The translations under genes and the position numbers were made by a program. This document shows positions 28,556 through 38,606 of a stretch of 64,000 nucleotides of DNA, piece by piece (position 1 is the first letter of the stretch; every line of letters starts with the position of its first letter). Below the pieces are notes generated by a model. It saw only the letters and a program-made list of their open reading frames with translations. It searched no databases and was not told where the DNA came from. The DNA lies in NCBI GenBank assembly GCA_963702855.1, contig OY969765.1, positions 513,766 through 577,765 of the forward strand, written 5' to 3'. Origin of the DNA: an uncultured cyanobacterium. GTDB taxonomy: Bacteria > Cyanobacteriota > Cyanobacteriia > Phormidesmidales > Phormidesmidaceae.

Positions 28556-29524
28556 ATGGCAAAACGAGCGCTGATTACAGGACTCACAGGACAAGATGGA
28601 TCCTATCTGGCAGAATTATTGCTCAGCAAAGGATATGAAGTTTATGGCATGGTCCGTCGTTCTAGCTCTAGCAGCTTCGGACGCATCAACCACTTTGCAG
28701 GCGACATTCAAATTATCTCTGGAGACTTACTCGATCAGTTTTCGCTGATGGACGCCATCGACCAAGCCCAACCTGACGAAATTTACAATCTAGCCTCTCA
28801 AAGCTATGTTCCTCTGTCTTGGACTCAGCCCGCTTTGACCGCAGAGTACACAGCCATCGGCGTTTCTAGGCTGCTAGAAGCCATTCGCCGCTGCAAACCC
28901 GATGCGCGCCTTTACCAGGCCTCTAGCAGTGAAGTGTTTGGTCAGCCAGACGAATCTCCTCAGACCGAGCGAACAGCCTTTCGACCGCGCAATCCTTACG
29001 GCGTCGCCAAGGCATACGCGCACTGGATGACGGTCAACTATCGCCAAAAGTACGGCTTATACGCCTGCTGCGGAATTACCTATACCCACGAATCTCCTCG
29101 GCGCGGCTCAGAATTTGTCTTTCGCAAAATTACCCAAGGCGCCGCCAAAATCAAGCTCGGTATGGCTCACGATCTGAAGCTAGGCAACCTGGAAGCTCGT
29201 CGCGACTGGTGTCATGCCAAAGATGCTGTAATGGCCATGTGGCTGATGCTTCAGCAAGAAATACCGAATGATTACATTATCGCTAGCGGTCAGACCCATT
29301 CGGTCAAAGAGCTGGTCGACTGTGCCTTTTCGTACGTAGGACTTAGGTGGCAAGACCATGTTTCAGTTGACCCAGCATTTTATCGACCGGACGAACCCGT
29401 GCAGCTAGTGGGCTCTATTCAAACCATTCAGAAATTTCTGCACTGGCAGCCAGCGTATTCATTCACTCAGCTAGTCGAGTCTATGGTGGAACACGATCTC
29501 CAAGAGCTAACGGCTGACGGCTAA
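28556..29524 (+). CDS. gmd: GDP-mannose 4,6-dehydratase
   Basis: ALITGLTGQDGSYLAELLL.KGYEV, QASSSEVFG, RNPYGVAK, HESPRRG.EFV.RKIT, LGNLEARRDW. Confidence 0.92.
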   Translation: MAKRALITGLTGQDGSYLAELLLSKGYEVYGMVRRSSSSSFGRINHFAGDIQIISGDLLDQFSLMDAIDQAQPDEIYNLASQSYVPLSWTQPALTAEYTAIGVSRLLEAIRRCKPDARLYQASSSEVFGQPDESPQTERTAFRPRNPYGVAKAYAHWMTVNYRQKYGLYACCGITYTHESPRRGSEFVFRKITQGAAKIKLGMAHDLKLGNLEARRDWCHAKDAVMAMWLMLQQEIPNDYIIASGQTHSVKELVDCAFSYVGLRWQDHVSVDPAFYRPDEPVQLVGSIQTIQKFLHWQPAYSFTQLVESMVEHDLQELTADG

Positions 29525-29677
29525 GAGGTAGGAATGAAAAGGTAGACATGAGGACGCCTAAGTAGGTTGTCTAAGATAAAGAGATCTTATGAATATGTCC
29601 GAAGCAAAGTCTTTCTCTATCAATATCTCTCTGTTCTTGTTCGTAGTTCTTGTTTTTAACTAACGTGGAGAAAGATA

Positions 29678-30805
29678 GTGAGAAAAATTGCCATTGTTCA
29701 TGATTGGCTGACGACACATGCAGGCTCGGAGAAAGTCGTCGAGCAAATTCTCAATATCTATCCCCACGCTCACCTTTATAGCCTGGTGGACTTCCTACCC
29801 ACTCATCAGCGCAAGTTTATCCAGAACAAATCTGTTACAACTTCATTTATTCAAACGCTTCCTTTTGCCGAGCGCGCTTTTCGCAGCTACCTCCCTTTAA
29901 TGCCGCTAGCTGTTGAGCAGTTCGATCTCTCAGCCTACGATCTGATCATCTCTAGTCACCACGCGGTGGCCAAAGGGGTCATTACTCGCCCCGATCAGCT
30001 ACACATTAGCTATGTACATACGCCCTTGCGCTATGGCTGGGAACTACAGCACCAGTATCTGCAGCAGGCTAAGCTCACCAAAGGGATTAAGAGCGTGCTC
30101 ACCCGCGCCGTTTTGCACTACCTGCGGCTGTGGGATGCAGGCAGCGCTAACCGGGTAGATCGCTATGTGGCAAACTCGCGCTATGTGGCTCGGCGCATTG
30201 ATAAAACCTATCGCCGACCCGCAGAAGTTATCTATCCACCGGTTGATACGCAGCGATTTAGAGAGGATAAAGCCAGAGAGGACTTCTACCTAACGGTGTC
30301 GCGCTTTGTTCCATACAAAAGATTGGATCTGACGATTGAGGCATTCAACCAGCTAGGGCTGCCTCTGGTGGTGATTGGTGATGGTGACGATCGCTCGGCG
30401 TTGCAGCGGATGGCCAAAGAAAATATCCGTTTTTTGGGTAAGCAGCCAGACAGTGTGGTTGAAAGCTACATGGAGCGCTGCCGAGGGTTTATTTTTCCGC
30501 CGGAAGAGGATTTTGGAATTACGCCAGTAGAGGCGCAGGCGGCAGGCGCACCGGTAGTGGCTTATGCCAAGGGCGGACAGGCCGAGACGGTAATTCATGG
30601 CAAAACTGGCCTACTGTTCGCCAACCAGACCCCTGAAAGTTTGGTACAGTCGGTCAAACAAATCCACGGGCAGATAGACCAGTTTGATCCTAGGGTGCTA
30701 AGACAAAACGCTGAGCGGTTTTCGATTGAACGCTTCAAGCAGCGTTTTGAAGCGTTCGTAGAACAGGCTTGGATACACTTCGAAGACAGTCAGTCAAGAC
30801 GGTGA
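29678..30805 (+). CDS. GT4 glycosyltransferase
   Basis: HDWL....GSEKV, YVHTP.RY.W, EEDFGITPVEAQAAG.PV. Confidence 0.88.
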   Translation: MRKIAIVHDWLTTHAGSEKVVEQILNIYPHAHLYSLVDFLPTHQRKFIQNKSVTTSFIQTLPFAERAFRSYLPLMPLAVEQFDLSAYDLIISSHHAVAKGVITRPDQLHISYVHTPLRYGWELQHQYLQQAKLTKGIKSVLTRAVLHYLRLWDAGSANRVDRYVANSRYVARRIDKTYRRPAEVIYPPVDTQRFREDKAREDFYLTVSRFVPYKRLDLTIEAFNQLGLPLVVIGDGDDRSALQRMAKENIRFLGKQPDSVVESYMERCRGFIFPPEEDFGITPVEAQAAGAPVVAYAKGGQAETVIHGKTGLLFANQTPESLVQSVKQIHGQIDQFDPRVLRQNAERFSIERFKQRFEAFVEQAWIHFEDSQSRR

Positions 30806-30881
30806 GTCCAAGACGGTAAGCCCAAAACGACGGGCGAGTCTCTCGATGAAAGATGTTTAACTGACGGACAAGAGAGGTGCT

Positions 30882-32348
30882 GTGACAATTTATTCACTTT
30901 CTAAGCATGGCAGCGATCGCATCGAAAGCCTACGTCAGGCGATCGCACCGGTTCCCCACCGCCCCCGGCTAACCCTAGCTGTGCTCATCTGCATCGACAC
31001 CCTTTGTCTCAGCTTGGCTGGTTTTGTCAGCGTCTGGGTTCGCCTATTGCTCAACGGTCAGTTTCATCCTTCTTTGTATTGGCGGCTGTGGCCACTGATT
31101 GGTATTTTTTTGGTCACCTATGGGCTAGCAGGACTGTATCCTGGCATTGCCATCAGCCCGGTCGAAGAGCTGCGCCGCCTGACGCTAACGACAACCCTAA
31201 TGTATCTGTTGCTCGGCTCGTCAATCTTTTTGTTTCGAGAAGTCGAGCTGTACTCGCGGGGCGCTTTTTTAACGGCATGGCTGCTATCGCTGCTGCTTGT
31301 GATTGGGGGTCGCTATGGGGTGCGATCGCTCTGTGCGCGTCAGTCTTGGTGGGGCTATCCGGTCGTGGTCATGGGCGCCGGCAAGACCGCGCAGATGGTG
31401 ATTCGGACCCTACAACGGCAGCCGACTTTGGGACTAAAGCCAGTAGCTGTGCTGGATGATGATCCTTACAAGCACGGTCAGCTAGAAGGTGTGCCAGTTA
31501 TCGGCAAGCTGTCGATGGCGCCGCTCTTAGCAAAAGATCTAAAAATTCCCTATGCCATTTTTGCTATGCCGGGAGTGGCCTACTACCATTTGCTGCCGCT
31601 GTTAGAACGCTACGGTCGCAGCTTTGCCCACTTAATGGTGATTCCCGATTTGTTTGGGATGGCTAGCCTTTGGGTGGTTGCAAAGGATCTGGGCGGCGTA
31701 CTGGGCTTAGAAGTGCGTCAGCAGCTTTTTCTGCCAGGACCAAGACTACTCAAATCGCTATTGGACAAGGCGCTAGTGGCTGTAGTAGGTCTGGCCTGTC
31801 TGCCGCTGATAGTGCTAATTAGTCTGTTGATTGTGTGCGATTCACCCGGACCTGTTTTCTACCGACAAACCCGAATCGGGCGAGGCGGACGGCGGTTCAA
31901 GGTGTGGAAATTTCGCTCTATGGTAGTCGATGCAGACCGGGTGCTTGCTTGCTATCTAACGCAGCATCCGCAGATGAGAAAGGACTGGGAGCAGGACCAA
32001 AAGCTAAAGGCAGACCCAAGAATTACGCGGGTAGGCAAATTTTTACGGCAAACCAGTTTAGATGAGATGCCGCAGCTATGGAACGTTTTGCGCGGTGAGA
32101 TGAGTATGGTTGGGCCTAGACCGATTGTGCTCGAAGAAGTGCGACGCTATGGCGATAAGTTTGATCTATACGTACAGGTGCTGCCAGGCATCACCGGGCT
32201 ATGGCAAATATCAGGTCGAAACAATATTACGTACGACGAACGTGTGAATTTTGACACTTACTATGTCAGAAACTGGTCAGTGTGGCTAGATATCTATATT
32301 CTGATCTGTACAGTCAAGGTGGTTTTAGCAGGCGATGGCGCTTATTAG
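30882..32348 (+). CDS. wbaP: Undecaprenyl-phosphate sugar phosphotransferase (WbaP/WcaJ family priming transferase)
   Basis: N-terminal TMs; F..WKFRSM, DPRITRVG.FLR.TSLDEMPQLWNV, PGITGLWQISGRN. Confidence 0.9.
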   Translation: MTIYSLSKHGSDRIESLRQAIAPVPHRPRLTLAVLICIDTLCLSLAGFVSVWVRLLLNGQFHPSLYWRLWPLIGIFLVTYGLAGLYPGIAISPVEELRRLTLTTTLMYLLLGSSIFLFREVELYSRGAFLTAWLLSLLLVIGGRYGVRSLCARQSWWGYPVVVMGAGKTAQMVIRTLQRQPTLGLKPVAVLDDDPYKHGQLEGVPVIGKLSMAPLLAKDLKIPYAIFAMPGVAYYHLLPLLERYGRSFAHLMVIPDLFGMASLWVVAKDLGGVLGLEVRQQLFLPGPRLLKSLLDKALVAVVGLACLPLIVLISLLIVCDSPGPVFYRQTRIGRGGRRFKVWKFRSMVVDADRVLACYLTQHPQMRKDWEQDQKLKADPRITRVGKFLRQTSLDEMPQLWNVLRGEMSMVGPRPIVLEEVRRYGDKFDLYVQVLPGITGLWQISGRNNITYDERVNFDTYYVRNWSVWLDIYILICTVKVVLAGDGAY

Positions 32349-32418
32349 AGGTTCATTCTGCACGAGGGAGATCTCTTAGCAGATGAGATGTCTATTTTCC
32401 TAGACATCTATTTTTACA

Positions 32419-33804
32419 GTGACTATTTTTACAGTGAGTCGTTACATCAGCGTGAATAAGCAAGAGTTTTCAGAACGTCACTCGACCCTCAAGCATAGCG
32501 CTATTAGCAACAAGCGCCTCCCTTCTGAGCAGCTTTGGCTAGCCGGGTTTATTCTGCTGCCGTATGCGAGTTACGGCGGCCTGTTGATTCTAGCTGGATT
32601 ATTGGTTTCAGCGATGAGATCGAGAGGGCGTAAGGTTTGGCAGCTATGCGGACAGTGTGGTTTTGGCTGGCTGTCGGCGGGGCTATTACTGAGCGCTAGC
32701 TTTGGCTTTAACCGGGGTGACGCTTTTTTACAGCTGACTAATTTTCTTCCATTTTTCTTATTTTGGGGCGTTTTAGCAACCCAGCCCAAAGCTATAGCTG
32801 ACCCCTTTATGCGGTTGGAAGCAATGGCACGGTGGATGCTAGTAACGTCGATGCCGCTCAGCGCGATCGCAATTATCGAGTACATCTTAAAGTTTGAACA
32901 GATGGCTGTGCAGGTGCGGGCGATGCCGTTACCGAATGCTTTTTTGGGCTGGCTATACGAAGAACCGTCATTTGGCCACCGGGCGCATAGTTTGTTCAAC
33001 CATCCCAACGGTCTTAGCGCCTATTTGGCAATGATTTTAGGGCTGGGATTAGGGCTAGTTTTAAAGGAGCTGGTTGATGGGCGCGATCGCAAGCTTCGGC
33101 AGGGCTGGGGCTGGACCAGTAGGCAATCGGTGGCGCTGGCCGTGGCGCTGTGTTTGGCGGCAATTTTTTGTACGGGTTCGCGTAACGGAGTTTTGATTGC
33201 GCTGGTGCTAGTTGCGATCGCGCTTTACGCGGCTCGTCGCTACCGCTGGGTGATGCTCTCAGGGCTAGCAGGCGGTGCGATCTTAGTAGCAGCAGCGCTG
33301 GGCTTTGGCATTGGTGGGCGATCGCTTTCAATGGTGATCTTCACTCAAGATCCTCGAATTGGCGTCTGGCGCCTCGCCGTTGAAATGATCTCGCAGCGGC
33401 CCTGGCTAGGCTGGGGCTTGTCGGGTCTACGAGAGCTATACATTCCCAACAGCATTCCAGGCTATGAGGTCATTCACCACGCTCACAACGTCTGGCTATT
33501 TCTCGCGTCTGAAGCGGGTATTCCTATCATGCTTGGGTTTTGCTGGATTGTTGGCAGGCTTTACTACACTGCGATTCGCACTTATTTGAAAGGTGACTTG
33601 TCAGCGAGCGAGCGGGCCATCTTGTTCAGCTACCTGCTGGCCTTTACCGCCTGCCTGCTGTTTGGCCTATTCGACGTGGTGCTGTTCGACTCGCGTACCA
33701 ATATCGTCGCCTGGGGACTATTAGCAGCGCTCTATCTAATGTCTGTCGCTCCCACCAACCAGCGTCCGACAAACAGATCGGCTAGTAGACCAGTCAATAA
33801 TTAA
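32419..33804 (+). CDS. O-antigen ligase / Wzy_C-family membrane protein
   Basis: [34 protein letters not shown]. Confidence 0.85.
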   Translation: MTIFTVSRYISVNKQEFSERHSTLKHSAISNKRLPSEQLWLAGFILLPYASYGGLLILAGLLVSAMRSRGRKVWQLCGQCGFGWLSAGLLLSASFGFNRGDAFLQLTNFLPFFLFWGVLATQPKAIADPFMRLEAMARWMLVTSMPLSAIAIIEYILKFEQMAVQVRAMPLPNAFLGWLYEEPSFGHRAHSLFNHPNGLSAYLAMILGLGLGLVLKELVDGRDRKLRQGWGWTSRQSVALAVALCLAAIFCTGSRNGVLIALVLVAIALYAARRYRWVMLSGLAGGAILVAAALGFGIGGRSLSMVIFTQDPRIGVWRLAVEMISQRPWLGWGLSGLRELYIPNSIPGYEVIHHAHNVWLFLASEAGIPIMLGFCWIVGRLYYTAIRTYLKGDLSASERAILFSYLLAFTACLLFGLFDVVLFDSRTNIVAWGLLAALYLMSVAPTNQRPTNRSASRPVNN

Positions 33805-33952
33805 TCCTACAGAGATCGCTACGCTAGCTGGCGTTACCCACAGTCATACGTATCGCAAGAAACAAAGCGCGACCGCAGTAGACAGGCATACTTGTTCGCA
33901 ATCTTTTGATATACTCCATCAAAATACGCTTATAGCGGTTCTGAGGAAATCC

Positions 33953-36211
33953 ATGCCACCTGCTCTGTCTAAAATTGTCTACACCTTTACAGATGAAGCG
34001 CCTGCGCTGGCAACGGTCTCTCTGCTCCCTATTATTGAGGCATTCACCCAGACAGCCAACGTAGGCATAGAGCTTAGCGACATTTCGCTGGCAGGACGCA
34101 TTATTGCTAGCTTTCCTGAGAACTTGGAAATTGGGCAGCAAAAGCCGGACGCGCTGAGCCTATTAGGTGAGCTGGTAAAAAGGCCTGAAGCTAACGTGGT
34201 TAAGCTACCGAACATCAGTGCATCGGTGCCGCAGCTAATAGCCGCGATCGCAGAGCTGCAGGGCAAAGGATATACGCTCCCGGACTATCCCGCTATTCCT
34301 AAAAACGAAGCCCAAAAAAACATCAAAAAGCGGTATGCTCGCGTCTTGGGCAGCGCGGTTAATCCTGTCTTAAGAGAAGGTAACTCAGACCGACGAGTCG
34401 CTGCTGCTGTCAAGCAATATGCGCAAAAGCATCCTCACAAGGTAGGCAACTGGAAAGCGCAGTCAAAATCTCACGTCGCACATATGGAATCGGGAGACTT
34501 TTACGGTAGCGAGCAGTCAGCCGTTGTTGAGCAGGCAGGCACTGTAAAAATTGAGCTAACTGCCAACGATAGCCAGACAACAACGCTAAAAGAGCGCATC
34601 CCAGTTTTGGAAAAAGAAGTGATCGACTCAGCAGTCATGAGCTTGAAAGCGCTGCGTGCCTTTTACACAAAAGAGATTGCAGCAGCCAAAGAAGAAGACA
34701 TCTTGCTCTCACTGCACGTGAAAGCAACCATGATGAAAGTGTCTGATCCGATCATATTTGGGCATGCTGTCGCAACTTACTACAAAGACGTTTTTGAGAA
34801 GCATGAACAAACTCTTACTGCCATAGGCGTCACTCCTAACAACGGCCTCAACGACATATACACCAAAATTCAAGGCCTACGCGAAGACCAGCGTATCTCC
34901 ACCAAAGAAGCGGTAGACGCCGATATTCAAGCTATTTATGAAACGCGACCACGGCTGGCTATGGTCGATTCTGATAAAGGCATCACGAATCTGCATGTAC
35001 CTAGTGATGTCATCATTGATGCTTCTATGGCCGCCGCCATCCGCAGCTCTGGTCAAATGTGGGGCGCGGACGGCAAAGCGCACGATACCAAAGCAATGAT
35101 TCCCGACCGCTGCTACGCCACGATGTATCAGGCCTGTATTGACTTTTGTAAGCAAAACGGCGCGTTTAAAGTTAGTCACATGGGCAGCGTGGCCAATGTA
35201 GGCCTGATGGCGATGAAAGCGGAGGAATATGGCTCTCATGACAAAACCTTTGAAATTCCTGCTGACGGCACTGTTCGCGTTATAGACGACGCGGGAAATA
35301 CGCTGATGGAGCACAGCGTAGAAGCTGGCGACATTTGGCGCATGTGTCAAACCAAAGACGCTGCCATCCAAGATTGGGTCAAGCTGGCAGTAGATCGAGC
35401 GAGCGTAACGGGACTGCCTACAGTTTTTTGGCTAGATGAGAATCGGGCCCACGATGCCAACATTATTGCCAGGGTGCATCAGTACCTAGCTAACTACAGC
35501 ACTGTCGGGCTCGATATCCAGATATTGCCACCCGTCGAGGCCATGATGTTTACCTGCAAGCGCATCAGATCGGGCAAAGACGTAATTTCGGTTACAGGTA
35601 ACGTACTTAGAGACTACTTGACCGATCTCTTTCCCATTTTGGAGCTAGGAACTAGCGCTAAAATGCTCTCAATTGTACCGCTATTAGCAGGGGGTGGTCT
35701 GTTTGAAACTGGAGCAGGGGGCTCCGCGCCCAAGCATGTACAACAGTTTGTCAATGAAGGACATTTGCGTTGGGACTCACTAGGAGAGTTTTTGGCACTA
35801 GCTGTAACGCTAGAGGAACTGGGCCGTAAAACTAGCAATCAAAAAGCTGTTGTATTGGCCAACGCGCTCAACCAAGCAACGGCCAAACTACTAGATAAAG
35901 ACAAATCGCCTTCTCGTAAGGTCAACGAGCTAGACAATCGTGGCAGTCACTTTTATCTAGCGCTGTATTGGGCGCAAGCGTTAGCTCAGCAAGATGGCGA
36001 TACTGCGCTAAAAGCGATTTTTGAACCGCTAGCACAGCAGCTAGGGAAGCATGGGCAGACCATTATCCAAGAGCTGAACGCGGCGCAGGGTAGCGCGGTA
36101 GATCTCGGTGGGTATTATCTACCAGACAGGGAGAAGACGGAGCAGGCTATGCGACCTAGTAAAGTCTTTAATCGTGCGCTTTCTCAGTGGCAGGAATCTG
36201 TGGCTACATAG
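33953..36211 (+). CDS. icd: Monomeric NADP-dependent isocitrate dehydrogenase
   Basis: 752 aa; [75 protein letters not shown]. Confidence 0.95.
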   Translation: MPPALSKIVYTFTDEAPALATVSLLPIIEAFTQTANVGIELSDISLAGRIIASFPENLEIGQQKPDALSLLGELVKRPEANVVKLPNISASVPQLIAAIAELQGKGYTLPDYPAIPKNEAQKNIKKRYARVLGSAVNPVLREGNSDRRVAAAVKQYAQKHPHKVGNWKAQSKSHVAHMESGDFYGSEQSAVVEQAGTVKIELTANDSQTTTLKERIPVLEKEVIDSAVMSLKALRAFYTKEIAAAKEEDILLSLHVKATMMKVSDPIIFGHAVATYYKDVFEKHEQTLTAIGVTPNNGLNDIYTKIQGLREDQRISTKEAVDADIQAIYETRPRLAMVDSDKGITNLHVPSDVIIDASMAAAIRSSGQMWGADGKAHDTKAMIPDRCYATMYQACIDFCKQNGAFKVSHMGSVANVGLMAMKAEEYGSHDKTFEIPADGTVRVIDDAGNTLMEHSVEAGDIWRMCQTKDAAIQDWVKLAVDRASVTGLPTVFWLDENRAHDANIIARVHQYLANYSTVGLDIQILPPVEAMMFTCKRIRSGKDVISVTGNVLRDYLTDLFPILELGTSAKMLSIVPLLAGGGLFETGAGGSAPKHVQQFVNEGHLRWDSLGEFLALAVTLEELGRKTSNQKAVVLANALNQATAKLLDKDKSPSRKVNELDNRGSHFYLALYWAQALAQQDGDTALKAIFEPLAQQLGKHGQTIIQELNAAQGSAVDLGGYYLPDREKTEQAMRPSKVFNRALSQWQESVAT

Positions 36212-36585
36212 TCTGCATGGTGGCTACTTTGTTATGCGATCGCTGAGCCGACTTGGAAAACCCTCTTTCTGCCAACCGTACACAGCATCGCTATCTGCCG
36301 TTTGCTGAAATTAATATCATAAGCGGCTCCGCAGACCGCTTTCAGCTAGACACTAAAAACGGGTCTTGGAGTTGAGGGGGTATGCATTATTGGCAACTTC
36401 TATTTATTTCCATACAGCTCATTCGCACGCAACTCATTCGCATGCAGCTTACCGAAAATTACCGTTACTGAACAGCTTCTATGAGCTGCAAGCCATAGGC
36501 AAATGAACCCGACAGATAAGGCTATAGTCGTAGGCTGATACAGATGCTATGAGCACAACACCGGGGCACGACGCTAGAAAAGAGT

Positions 36586-37200
36586 ATGGATCATATTCAA
36601 ATTCTCGAAGGACAGGCTGCTGAAGCCGCTATAGATAGGCTGAATCGCGTTGTGTCACTAGCAGCAAGCGAGGAGGGTTCACCGAGCGTGGCGCTGCTAA
36701 AACAAGATGGCTTTGTAGCCGCGCCTGTTATTCACAAAGGCACGCTCTCATCAGAAATTATAGAAACTATTTTCAACGCTGTTCAAACAACCGGGCAAGC
36801 CTCTATGACCGCAGTTGGTCTCTATAGCGCAGAAGAGCAGCACTGCTATGAGATGCCCATGACCCTAGCTGCCCTAAACGAGCTGCGCGGGACATCGTGC
36901 GGCGTGATCAACTTCGTACTGTACGCAGGCGAGCCCGACTGGCTAGTGCTGTTCGACAATCAGCTATACATTGCCTACGGATCTCAGGCATTTGTGACGG
37001 CGCTAGTCGGTGACATTGACGCGGCTCTCGAGGCGGTTGAAACTCGGCTGAATCAGTTGAAAACTGAGGCTCAAGGCAATGTTCCTAGCTACGCTAAGCA
37101 GGAAATTGAGCGGATGAGCGAGTATTTAGAGGCAGCCCTAGGTAAGCTAGTCAACGACTACGCCAAGGCTGAGGTAGGCGATCGCGTATTTATCGTCTAA
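36586..37200 (+). CDS. Hypothetical protein
   Basis: 204-aa ATG ORF with a purine-rich upstream sequence; no family recognised. Confidence 0.6.
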   Translation: MDHIQILEGQAAEAAIDRLNRVVSLAASEEGSPSVALLKQDGFVAAPVIHKGTLSSEIIETIFNAVQTTGQASMTAVGLYSAEEQHCYEMPMTLAALNELRGTSCGVINFVLYAGEPDWLVLFDNQLYIAYGSQAFVTALVGDIDAALEAVETRLNQLKTEAQGNVPSYAKQEIERMSEYLEAALGKLVNDYAKAEVGDRVFIV

Positions 37201-37253
37201 CGTGTCAAACGGCTCCAAGGTATATGCTGCAGGACGTGGCTACGGCCAGGCAG

Positions 37254-38480
37254 TTACAGTAAGACAATTCTGTTCTGGGGCCGGTAGTCGGGAAATACCT
37301 GTGCGATCGCCTCTCTTCCCAAACCAAACTGCTGCGTAAGCAAAGACGCGATTACATCTCGAAAATCTGTCGTAATCGCCAGATCTCTCGCCTCATGCTG
37401 GTTGGCTTCGCTTAGACCTGGCCAGTCCCCATAAATTTTCCCGCCGCGCACGCCGCCGCCTAAAATCCACATTGCGTTTCCATAGCCGTGATCCGTGCCG
37501 CCATTCCCATTTTCGGCGATTGTGCGGCCAAATTCTGACATCACAACAATCGTCGTATCTTGATAGAGATCGCCAAGCTCTTCAGCTAGGGTCATTAGCC
37601 CGATGCCCAACGGATCAAGCTGACGTGCGAGAACGCCGCGCTCATTCACATGTGTATCCCAGCCACCAAGTTCTAAAAAAGCGATCTGGGTACCCGCGTT
37701 TCCTTTCATTAGCTGAGCCAAAGCGCGAGTCGTGTTCGCAAAGCGTTCAGGCGTCGGTGCGCCACGAGAAGCTTCCGTCCTTTCTACCGCTAGCTCTTGC
37801 ATCAGCGTATCGCGAGCCTGACGCCCTGACTGATAGATCTGAGCAACCTTTTGATCACCTGCATAGAGCCGATCAAACGCTGTTTGCAGCCCACCTTGGT
37901 CGGTAGAAAAAGCAGGGTCACCCGCAGCATCCACGCCTAAGTTAGAAACAGATTGAGCTCCAGAAAGAATCAGGGGAAGCGTACCGCCTGCGCCCATATT
38001 GATAGCCTGCGTTGGCGGGCCGTCTGGCAGAACGGCCAGCAGTCGATTCAGCCAACCGTCGTACGTAGCAGCGTTGCCGGGGGTACCGTTTTCTAAGTAG
38101 TCCTGGGCTTGGAAGTGAGAGCGAGTCTCAGTAGGTGAACCTGACGCATGGACAAAAGCCAATCGACCCGATTCCCATTCAGGCATCAGGGCGGCTAGTG
38201 AAGGGTGCAGGCCGAAGCGACCATCTAAGTCAATTACGCCGTCGTTTTCACCGGGTTTGGCAATGGCAATCGAGGGTCGCGCTTCGTAATATTCTCTTTC
38301 TTGGTAGGGCACTACGATATTCAGCCCATCCGCAGCGCCCCTGAGCATAACTACAATTAGCCGAGGCATGTTGGCCGCCTGAGCTTTGGACTGCCAAAGC
38401 CAGCTATGGGCCCCTACGGTGGTCACCAGGCTGGCAGCACCTAGCCAGGCAGTTCTTTGGAGAAAGCGACGTCGTTGCAT
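37254..38480 (-). CDS. DUF1501 protein with Tat signal peptide
   Basis: MQRRRFLQ twin-arginine motif; LRGAADGLN.VVP, RSHFQAQ, GGWDTH, SEFGRT..ENG.GGTDHG. Confidence 0.88.
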   Translation of the reverse strand: MQRRRFLQRTAWLGAASLVTTVGAHSWLWQSKAQAANMPRLIVVMLRGAADGLNIVVPYQEREYYEARPSIAIAKPGENDGVIDLDGRFGLHPSLAALMPEWESGRLAFVHASGSPTETRSHFQAQDYLENGTPGNAATYDGWLNRLLAVLPDGPPTQAINMGAGGTLPLILSGAQSVSNLGVDAAGDPAFSTDQGGLQTAFDRLYAGDQKVAQIYQSGRQARDTLMQELAVERTEASRGAPTPERFANTTRALAQLMKGNAGTQIAFLELGGWDTHVNERGVLARQLDPLGIGLMTLAEELGDLYQDTTIVVMSEFGRTIAENGNGGTDHGYGNAMWILGGGVRGGKIYGDWPGLSEANQHEARDLAITTDFRDVIASLLTQQFGLGREAIAQVFPDYRPQNRIVLL

Positions 38481-38494
38481 AGGAAATTTTCTAG

Positions 38495-38599
38495 TGGTTT
38501 TCTTCTGGCTGGTTTTCTTCTGGCTGGTTTTCTTCTGGCTGGTTTTCTTCTGGCTGGTTTTCTTCTGGCTGGTTTTCTTCTGACTGGTTCTCTTCTAGC
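38495..38599. repeat. Intergenic 15-bp tandem repeat TGGTTTTCTTCTGGC (5 perfect + 2 degenerate copies)
   Basis: Perfect units at 38495, 38510, 38525, 38540 and 38555, decaying at 38570 and 38585; fills most of the gap between DUF1800 and DUF1501. Confidence 0.95.
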
Positions 38600-38606
38600 T
38601 GGGCTT

